A stretch of 64,000 bases of DNA from an uncultured Nitrospiraceae bacterium (GTDB lineage Bacteria > Nitrospirota > Nitrospiria > Nitrospirales > Nitrospiraceae). The DNA lies in the NCBI GenBank assembly GCA_963846575.1, contig CAWJWJ010000001.1, positions 128,001 to 192,000 on the forward strand, in the 5' to 3' direction. Positions 56,755-64,000 of this stretch are shown here, piece after piece (positions within the stretch are counted from its first letter, which is position 1; every line of letters starts with the position of its first letter). Both the position numbers and the translations under genes were made by a program. The notes beneath the pieces were generated by a model, which ran no database searches, was not told the origin of the DNA, and saw only the letters and a list, made by a program, of their open reading frames with translations.

Positions 56755-57741
56755 ATGATGGGATTGATGAAATCCGTCCTGGCAGTATTGCTGGGTTACA
56801 GCATCCTGTTCGGCAGCCTCGCCCTGGCTGAACAGCCCCAACGCATGGTCGCAGTCGCTCTTATCGATAAGCCGTGGGCGGTCGCGCTGGATATCACCGG
56901 CTACACCATTCGCCTCGATGGGGTTCTAGCGGATGGACGCCGCTACTTCCTTGCAGAGGACACCGAAACAGCCATCACTGTGTCCATTACGCTGGGATCG
57001 GCGAGAGGCCAGGACACCGCGCAAGGATGCCCGACCCGGCTTCAACAGATCGCGCAGGCTTCAACCGGTAGATCTGGCCTGCCCCTCACACAGCATGATG
57101 TCCCGAAGATGTCCGTGATCGAATATTCAGACCCCGGGGCGAGCGGGTCGAATGGGGGTCAGTTCCACCTGTTCGCGTGCACCGGAAAAGATGACGTCTT
57201 GACCGACATTCACATTTCAAAAACGGGGTTCCGGTCCGGCAATGAGACGGTGCTGCGGGGGATCCTCGACACTCTCGATTTCGTCCCCGCTCCGGCAGCC
57301 AGCAGTCTTGATCATTTTCGTGCGGGCAGTGCGCCCTACCTTCAGGGGAGGTATGCGCTCGCGATCCCCTACTATGAACAGGCACTCGCACTCGAACAAT
57401 CCAACCCCGCACTCGATAAGGGGCTCTGGCGGCTGCTCGTCCATAACCTGGGAACGGCCTATCGCATGACTGGAGACCTTCCTCAGGCAAGAAACATATT
57501 CGAGTATGGCCTTACACAAGACCTTGCAAATCCTCTCTTCCACTACCTCCTCGCGCAAATCTATGCGGGGCTGAACGACCGGGAGCATGCGATGCAATCA
57601 CTCCACGCAGCCTTCCACAATCGTGCGACGAGAGGGAGCGAAAGCTTGCCCGACCCGCGACAGGATGGCTCCTTCAGGCGGTTGATGCTGGACCCTTCCT
57701 TCAGACATCTGGCTGAGAGCCTCATGCAGCCCGCAATTTGA
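56755..57741 (+). CDS. Exported tetratricopeptide-repeat protein
   Basis: Signal peptide; AIPYYEQALAL, NLGTAYRMTG, LAQIYAGL repeats; DPRQDGSF cap. Confidence 0.85.
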   Translation: MMGLMKSVLAVLLGYSILFGSLALAEQPQRMVAVALIDKPWAVALDITGYTIRLDGVLADGRRYFLAEDTETAITVSITLGSARGQDTAQGCPTRLQQIAQASTGRSGLPLTQHDVPKMSVIEYSDPGASGSNGGQFHLFACTGKDDVLTDIHISKTGFRSGNETVLRGILDTLDFVPAPAASSLDHFRAGSAPYLQGRYALAIPYYEQALALEQSNPALDKGLWRLLVHNLGTAYRMTGDLPQARNIFEYGLTQDLANPLFHYLLAQIYAGLNDREHAMQSLHAAFHNRATRGSESLPDPRQDGSFRRLMLDPSFRHLAESLMQPAI

Positions 57742-57932
57742 TCGCACCAACCCGCACGTGTGAGTCCGCTCCCACAGCCAAATCCTTGGTCCTTGTTCCC
57801 ACGTGCGCTTTAAAACGCCTGGAAACAGGTTGCTCTTCCCCCCCGTCCTTCGAGGTACTGCCTCAGGGTCTTATTCAATCAGCCTATCGTTGGTACTGTT
57901 GAACAGGGTTGAATAACGAAAGGGGATCTCCG

Positions 57933-58304
57933 ATGTCGAAAAGACGGGATACCAGGGTTGAGATGAATCGACCGGTCGAGCTCAAGGGTTCAATCGGCAC
58001 CCTCCGGGGTATCGTGCGGGACTTCTCTCCTCGAGGCTGTTGCGTCCATTTGGAAGAGAGAAATGTTGTTCACTGCGGACTGCGAGTGACGCTGCGGATT
58101 TCACTGCCGGATCGCATGGAACCGGTCGAGGTCACACCTGCCATTGTCACATGGACGCATGAGCAGGCGTTTGGCGTCGAGTTCTTCACCACCTCCCAAG
58201 CCACTCGGGCTCGATTGAAGGAGGTGTATGATCAACTTTTGGAAGCCCAGACAGTGGAAGCTCCGATACGGGTAATTTCTCTTCCCGCGTTTGCCATGCA
58301 ATAG
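57933..58304 (+). CDS. PilZ domain protein
   Basis: RRDTR (RxxxR) and DFSPRG (DxSxxG) motifs; FGVEF. Confidence 0.88.
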   Translation: MSKRRDTRVEMNRPVELKGSIGTLRGIVRDFSPRGCCVHLEERNVVHCGLRVTLRISLPDRMEPVEVTPAIVTWTHEQAFGVEFFTTSQATRARLKEVYDQLLEAQTVEAPIRVISLPAFAMQ

Positions 58305-58529
58305 GTTGCAGAGCAACCCGCGTCCTATGAACCACTTTCACGTCCCTCACTCCAAATGGGATCAACGGCGCCGCACCTCACGGCGCCGTTGTCAGAATCG
58401 TACAGCGAGAACTTCAGCATCTGTTCAGAGGTTCTGTTGTGCAGGAAGACAACCACAGCATGACATCGCGTGCTGGAAAGGCGGTGGAAGGTCGCCAAGG
58501 ATGTCCCGGCGAAGGCGAGAGGGAACTCG

Positions 58530-60050
58530 TCACGAAGCAGACGGAGATGACAGCAGAAGTTCCGCAACCTTTTCGACCAGTGCCTGGGGAAGGAACGGTT
58601 TCTGAAGATAGGCGGACTCGGCGTCCACTCCATGTGCCACCAACATGTCTCCAGCATATCCAGAGATATAGAGGACCTTGATTCCCGGAAACATAGTTTT
58701 CGCTCCTTGCACGAGCACCGCTGCTTTCATTCTCGGCAGGATCACATCAGTGATCAACAAGTCACACCCGCTTTTCCGCACTTGTAACGTCTGCAAGGCT
58801 TCAACGCCGTCGGTCGCCGCCAACACTTCATAACCCTGGTCACGGAGCACCGCCGCCACCAATCGTCGTATTCCTTCGTCATCTTCCACCAGGAGAATGG
58901 TGGCGCAAGTCGCCGGCAGAGATTGCACAGTCGCCACCGGGGCGGCCTCGGACTGTCGGCTGAGAACCCGCGGCAACATCACGGTGAACCTGGTGCCTCG
59001 GCACGGTTGACTGGCGACCTCGATGTACCCCCGATTCTCCTTCACGATGCCGTAGACCGTGGCAAGCCCCAACCCTGTCCCCCCGTAGGATTCCTTGGTG
59101 CTGAAAAACGGCTCAAAGATATGTGCAAGGGTCTCGGCCTCGATCCCGCATCCGGTATCTTCCACCAGCAGCCTGACGTAGGGTCCTGGAACTGCGCCTG
59201 GATGCGCCACAGCATAGGCTTCATCCAGATCAACGTTGCCGGTCTCAATGGTCAGTATGCCTCCATCGGCCATGGCATCGCGGGCGTTGAGCGCCAGATT
59301 GAGGAGCACCTGTTCTACCTGCACGGAATCACCCAGGACATGCCCTGCCTGGGGATCCAGGACCATGACCGTTTGAATCTGCTCGCCGATCAACCGACGC
59401 AGAATGTCCTCCATGTCGCGAATCAAGGTATTCAGCGGCACATCTCGCTGCTCCAGCACTTGGCGGCGGCTGAACGTGAGCAACTTCTTCGTGAGGGCCG
59501 CGGCCCTGGACCCCGCCTGTCCGATCACTTCGACTTCATGGTGGCATGGATGGTTGCCCAGTTGCTGCGCGACCCGCTGCGCATGGCCGATCACGACCAT
59601 GAGCAGATTGTTGAAATCATGCGCGATGCCGGCCGCCAGGCGCCCCAGGGCTTCCATCTTCTGTGACTGCCGCACACTCTGTTCATCCTGTTTGCGCCTG
59701 GTCAGGTCCACAATCGTTTCAATAATATGCACACGCCCGTCCCTCGTCGGCGCCTTCGCCCAGTGCACCAGGAGATGGCGGCCATTGGGCATCTCCACCT
59801 CCTCGGACACCACTCCCTCATGGGACAACGCCTCCGACATACGGCAGAATCCGCATGGGCTATCCTGTGCGGCGATCTTTTGATGACAGCTGGCACCGGC
59901 AATATTGCCAAACGCCGCCAGAGAGGTGCGGTTTTGAAACTGCACCGTATAATTTGCCGGATCGATGACCGAGATAATGACAGGTTGTGAATCGAGCAGG
60001 ACCTGCGGATCGTAAGCAGGATGGTTGGACGGCTTCGTGGAACCAGCCAT
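58530..60050 (-). CDS. Hybrid sensor histidine kinase (PAS-like, HisKA, HATPase, REC)
   Basis: GIAHDFNNLL, NLALNARDAM, DTGCG, GTGLGL, ILLVEDD, LITDVILP, YLQKPF. Confidence 0.93.
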   Translation of the reverse strand: MAGSTKPSNHPAYDPQVLLDSQPVIISVIDPANYTVQFQNRTSLAAFGNIAGASCHQKIAAQDSPCGFCRMSEALSHEGVVSEEVEMPNGRHLLVHWAKAPTRDGRVHIIETIVDLTRRKQDEQSVRQSQKMEALGRLAAGIAHDFNNLLMVVIGHAQRVAQQLGNHPCHHEVEVIGQAGSRAAALTKKLLTFSRRQVLEQRDVPLNTLIRDMEDILRRLIGEQIQTVMVLDPQAGHVLGDSVQVEQVLLNLALNARDAMADGGILTIETGNVDLDEAYAVAHPGAVPGPYVRLLVEDTGCGIEAETLAHIFEPFFSTKESYGGTGLGLATVYGIVKENRGYIEVASQPCRGTRFTVMLPRVLSRQSEAAPVATVQSLPATCATILLVEDDEGIRRLVAAVLRDQGYEVLAATDGVEALQTLQVRKSGCDLLITDVILPRMKAAVLVQGAKTMFPGIKVLYISGYAGDMLVAHGVDAESAYLQKPFLPQALVEKVAELLLSSPSAS

Positions 60051-60672
60051 GGCGTCCTCAGGCGTACGAAGTAAATAACGAAGAAGACGAATCAATCCTC
60101 CTATTGGTTTTACTACATCACTTTACACAGTCAAGGAGATGCTGGATTGCATAAGAAGGTTCTCCCGGCCGTCTGCGATGGCATGGTAACCGAGAAACGG
60201 GCTGCGGGTGCCTGGCATCCACTATCCGTCCGGTTTTCCCCTGTGTTTGAGCCCTTCAGGAGGGCGCGAGCCAGGATGAACCGGGAAACCGTCAGCGCAT
60301 CGCCGCGAGTTGAACCAAACCAGAGGAATGAAGCGAGCGGTCATACAAGCACGCGGAGGCGAGAATTTGAGTCAGCAGCCTTCTGGATCGGGAGGGCGGT
60401 TCACTGCAATTTCATCTTGGCAGCTGCATTGGGCCACCTGCCGCTTCCCGGCTCAGCTGTAGTCACTTCGACCTGCGGACCCCCGAGTAGGCAACCCACA
60501 TCAACCCCGCCGAGCCCTCAGAACGGCAGGGAAGTAGGCCTACAGGCGGCCCCTGTTTCACGCGAACGGCAGGCCGATAGCAGCGTTTTGCCACGTGACC
60601 GGTGGGGCGGGGGAGGTGAGATGCCACAGGTGGCCAATCGGCCCGAAGAGTCCCCCACTCTATACTTCCGTC

Positions 60673-61527
60673 TTAGCGGACTACGAGGACTGAGCATTTG
60701 CTCTGCTGTACGACCTTCGTCGAAATACTGCCGAGCAAAAACCGCGCGACCGCGCCCATACCTTTGGCTCCGGTCACGATGAGGTCGACTTTCTTTTTGG
60801 CGGCCACCGTCAGGATTTCGTCCGCCGGCTTTCCCAGCCGTACCACTTCGTCAACCACATAACCAGCCTTCATGAGCTTATTCGCACATTCCTCGACGAG
60901 GCGGGCGCCGGCTTCCTTCAGTTCCGGATAGTTGAGAAAGGGGATAGCATGGGTAACCACGACATCGATCGGCTCCAACCCTTCACCCGCCTCCGGCTGG
61001 AGTCTGGTCAAAAGGAACCGCAATGCCTTGTGTGACGTTTTAGAGCCGTCCGTCGCGAAGAGGATGCGCTTCAACGGGCGCGGCTCCTCCTTCACGATCA
61101 ACACTGAACAGGGTGCATGGAGTGTGACCTGGGTGGACACGCTACCGAGCAGGAATCGATCAAGGGCATCCAACCCACGATTGCCGAGTACGATGAGGCC
61201 GTCTCGTTTAGCAGCCCGTTTGAGAATCGTCGGGCCCGGCGCGCCCCGCTCGGATAAGATCCTCCCCTTCAGCTTGAGGGAAGCCAGCTGCGATCTAGCC
61301 TCCACCATGACGCGCTTGCCATGAGCCTCGATGCGCTTGATTTCCTGCTTAATGAACGGCTCGTTGCCGATTATCATCGGTTGAAACATGACGGGGGCGC
61401 GCAGGGCCTGTATATTGGTCACATGTAGCACCGTGACCTCAGGGGCATCGGCATAGGGCAGCCGCGCGCTCCATTCCGTCGCCCATTTGGCATACTTCGA
61501 TCCGTCCGTCGCGATGAGCACTTTCAT
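60673..61527 (-). CDS. Universal stress protein, tandem Usp domains
   Basis: Two ATDGS...G..G.....LLGS(V/I)S...CSVL(I/V)V repeats. Confidence 0.93.
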   Translation of the reverse strand: MKVLIATDGSKYAKWATEWSARLPYADAPEVTVLHVTNIQALRAPVMFQPMIIGNEPFIKQEIKRIEAHGKRVMVEARSQLASLKLKGRILSERGAPGPTILKRAAKRDGLIVLGNRGLDALDRFLLGSVSTQVTLHAPCSVLIVKEEPRPLKRILFATDGSKTSHKALRFLLTRLQPEAGEGLEPIDVVVTHAIPFLNYPELKEAGARLVEECANKLMKAGYVVDEVVRLGKPADEILTVAAKKKVDLIVTGAKGMGAVARFLLGSISTKVVQQSKCSVLVVR

Positions 61528-61755
61528 AGGCCATCCCCCCCGTCATTGGTCGTCGTCCATCTCAATGTCGATGTCCTTCTGCAGGCTTTGTGCCGCGCAT
61601 CTTCGCCCCACGCGATCTCCGCGTCAATATCTATGTGCCTCTGAGTCTGCCGGACACCGCCAACCGGGGGACAACGATGCGGAATGGACCGCACGCCGGG
61701 ATGACGCCAGCGCCCTGGCGGCCTCCGGCGTCGAAACCCAGGTGTGATGCGAGGC

Positions 61756-64000
61756 TCAATGATTCAACGGCGCATGACGTTGTAGCAGGTCACAAATGGC
61801 CTGATGCAGTTGCTCCGCCGCCGATTCCTTGGTGAGATACCCTGACGTTCCGGCCTGCCGCATCGCTTCCTCCGCCTCGCGGTCGTTGCGCACCGACAGC
61901 CCGATGATGACGATCGAGGGATTGGATTCCTTGATGCGCCTAGTCGCTTCGATGCCGTCCATGGTGGGCATGTTGAGATCCATGACCACCACGTGCGGTT
62001 TCAAGGCCCCGGCCAGATTCACGGCCTCCAGCCCGTTGCTGGCCTCGCCGACGATCGTCATGTCCTCATACGAATCCAGAATACTGCGTAGCCCCTGACG
62101 AACCATGGCGTGATCGTCCGCCAACAGGACTTTCACGACGCCGGCTTTGGCCTGCCTCGGGTTGACAGCCGCGCGTGCGCTGCTCATGAGTCGAGCCTCA
62201 GGAAGAGCAGGCGCCTCGGCTCGGGTCGTCTCGCGGGTGTACGGAATCGCAATCGTGATCTGCGTCCCCTGTCCCAGAGCTGAATGAACCGTGAGATCCC
62301 CTCCCATGACCGCCATGCGTTCACGGATACTGAACAATCCGTACCGGCTCGACGTCGAATCACTTGACATGGCTGCAGTGGGATCAAAGCCCCGTCCCTG
62401 GTCGGCAACCAGGATGCGCAAGGTCTCGTCGGAGGTGACCTGCACGCGTACCGTGGCCCGCTCGGACTGGGCATGCTTCACCACATTCATCAACAGTTCG
62501 CGCACCGACTGATACATAAGAATGGCCTGATCGTCGGGTAGCGCAAGCCAGTGCTCCTCCGCTTCCACCTCCACGTTCAATCCATGCTGCTGCATCGTCT
62601 CGCCCAGCCAGTGCAACGCTTTGATCAATCCGAACTCATGGAGCACCGGCGGACTCAATTGGGCAACCAGGGAACGCGTGTAGGTTAAGGATTGATCCAG
62701 TAACTGGTCCAGATCACTCAGCCATTTTTCCTGTGCCAGACTGACCTGCTTCCGGCCTTGCGTCAGTTTGATGCGCCCCAGCACGAGCAATTGCGCGAGA
62801 TAGTCATGCAGTTCCGACGCGATCCGCCGACGCTCTCGCTGTTCCGTCAGGGTGACTTCGGTCGCGAGCGAGCGGAGTCGCTCCTGTGAGCGGGTCAGTT
62901 GCTCGGTCCGCTCCAGGACACGCTCCTCCAAATCGACCGTCCATTGCCGGAGTCGCTCCTCAGCCTGCTTGCGCTCGGTAATGTCCACACAGGCCCCGGT
63001 CATGTAGTCCGGCCGCCCGTCCTCTCCCAGGACGATAGGTTTGCCTCGCTCATACAACCAACGAACGCTGCCGTCAGGCTGAACCACACGGAATTCCACC
63101 TCGAAATCCGCGGCTTCACTCCGGCAGGGTTCGCAGGCGCGAAGCACCGTCTGGCGGTCGTCCGGATGGACCAATTGCAGAAACTGGTCGAACGAACGGG
63201 CCGTCTGACCGGCAGCGACCCCGAAGAGTTGGCCGACCGCATCATCCCACGTCATGTCGTCGGTGCGAAGATTCCAGCGAAACGTTCCCGTATGCGACGC
63301 GCTCAAGGCCACGAGCAGTCGCTCGGTTTTCTCTTGCAGGTCATCCTGCGCCTGCTTGAGGCCGCTGATATCCAGGTTGATGCCGGCCCAGCCGACGATG
63401 TGGCCGCCGTCGTCTCGCACCGGCACCCCACGCGCTAGAACCGGATGGTATCGTCCATCAACGCCGAGGAAACGATGCTCGCAGTCCCACACGTGGCCGC
63501 TCCGCACACATTCCTGCCAGGCTGAAATCGTGCGTTCGATATCCTCGGGGTGCAGCACCTTTCCCCAACCGAACTCAGCACATTCTTCCTGAGTCAATCC
63601 CACCAGCTTGAGAAAGGATTCGCTGGCATAGGTGTTCCGTCCTTCGGCATCACAGACCCAGATGCCATAATCGATGGATTCCCCGATCGCCCGGTACAGC
63701 CCTTCGCTCTGGCGAAGCGCGATTTCCGCGTCGCGTTGCGCGGTGATGTCCGTGTTCGTCCCGAACCATCGAAGGACCCGGCCGGCTTCGTCGCGGATCG
63801 GCACCGCCCGCGAGAGGAACCATCGATACTCGCCATCCCGTCCGCGCAGGGGAAACGTATCCTCCCAGAACTCACCGGTCGCCAGGCAGCGGCGAAACCG
63901 CGCTTCCACCCGTTCGAGATGATCGGGATGATGCACGGCCCGCCAACCCCATCCCTGCATGTCTTCGAAAGTGGTGCCGGTGTACTCGAACCATCGCTGG
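61756..64000 (-). CDS. Multi-PAS hybrid sensor kinase (HisKA_3, HATPase, REC); 5' end outside window
   Basis: At least three PAS/PAC repeats (HPDD/HPED...DITE), ERRRIASELHD, NVVKHA, DQGRG, LLADDH, MDLNMP. Confidence 0.92.
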   Translation of the reverse strand, partial: QRWFEYTGTTFEDMQGWGWRAVHHPDHLERVEARFRRCLATGEFWEDTFPLRGRDGEYRWFLSRAVPIRDEAGRVLRWFGTNTDITAQRDAEIALRQSEGLYRAIGESIDYGIWVCDAEGRNTYASESFLKLVGLTQEECAEFGWGKVLHPEDIERTISAWQECVRSGHVWDCEHRFLGVDGRYHPVLARGVPVRDDGGHIVGWAGINLDISGLKQAQDDLQEKTERLLVALSASHTGTFRWNLRTDDMTWDDAVGQLFGVAAGQTARSFDQFLQLVHPDDRQTVLRACEPCRSEAADFEVEFRVVQPDGSVRWLYERGKPIVLGEDGRPDYMTGACVDITERKQAEERLRQWTVDLEERVLERTEQLTRSQERLRSLATEVTLTEQRERRRIASELHDYLAQLLVLGRIKLTQGRKQVSLAQEKWLSDLDQLLDQSLTYTRSLVAQLSPPVLHEFGLIKALHWLGETMQQHGLNVEVEAEEHWLALPDDQAILMYQSVRELLMNVVKHAQSERATVRVQVTSDETLRILVADQGRGFDPTAAMSSDSTSSRYGLFSIRERMAVMGGDLTVHSALGQGTQITIAIPYTRETTRAEAPALPEARLMSSARAAVNPRQAKAGVVKVLLADDHAMVRQGLRSILDSYEDMTIVGEASNGLEAVNLAGALKPHVVVMDLNMPTMDGIEATRRIKESNPSIVIIGLSVRNDREAEEAMRQAGTSGYLTKESAAEQLHQAICDLLQRHAPLNH

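Noticed and set aside
1..64000. CRISPR arrays, tRNA/rRNA, IS/integrase, prophage or known defence systems
   Set aside because: No regularly spaced repeats, cloverleafs, recombinase, transposase or phage proteins were seen by eye.

Overview
GC-rich bacterial chromosome segment. Gene content and protein style suggest Nitrospira/Nitrospiraceae (inference, not a database result). 1-24 kb is accessory-like: a tandem cupredoxin, NUDIX, peroxiredoxin-like protein, methyltransferases, ATP-dependent DNA ligase, an FHA-PrsW fusion, a DehI-like plus alpha/beta-hydrolase pair, and an arsenic cluster. That cluster holds an extended arsM plus arsS (arsenosugar-type) and an arsR-arsM-acr3-arsC operon with two ATCAA-N6-TTGAT operators. 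24-54 kb is mostly core genes: hflKC, fhs, M23 peptidase, cutA, epimerase, tlyA, xseBA, ymdB-like, rny, zapAB, slt, rlmN, an M16 pair, larE, the F0 ATP synthase genes, pabB/pabC, nadB, a bS22-like small protein and an MsbA-like exporter. 54-64 kb holds a phosphoesterase, TPR, PilZ and Usp proteins and two hybrid sensor kinases. I found no tRNA, rRNA, CRISPR array or transposase. Most notable: (i) a ~430-450 nt rod-like RNA in the 6S position between zapA and rny, about twice canonical length; (ii) the arsM-arsS module beside a second arsM; (iii) a probable ATT start codon for rny; (iv) several 300-500 bp intergenic spacers with extensive self-complementarity; (v) several apparently leaderless genes. 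All base-pairing was found by eye and is not statistically tested.
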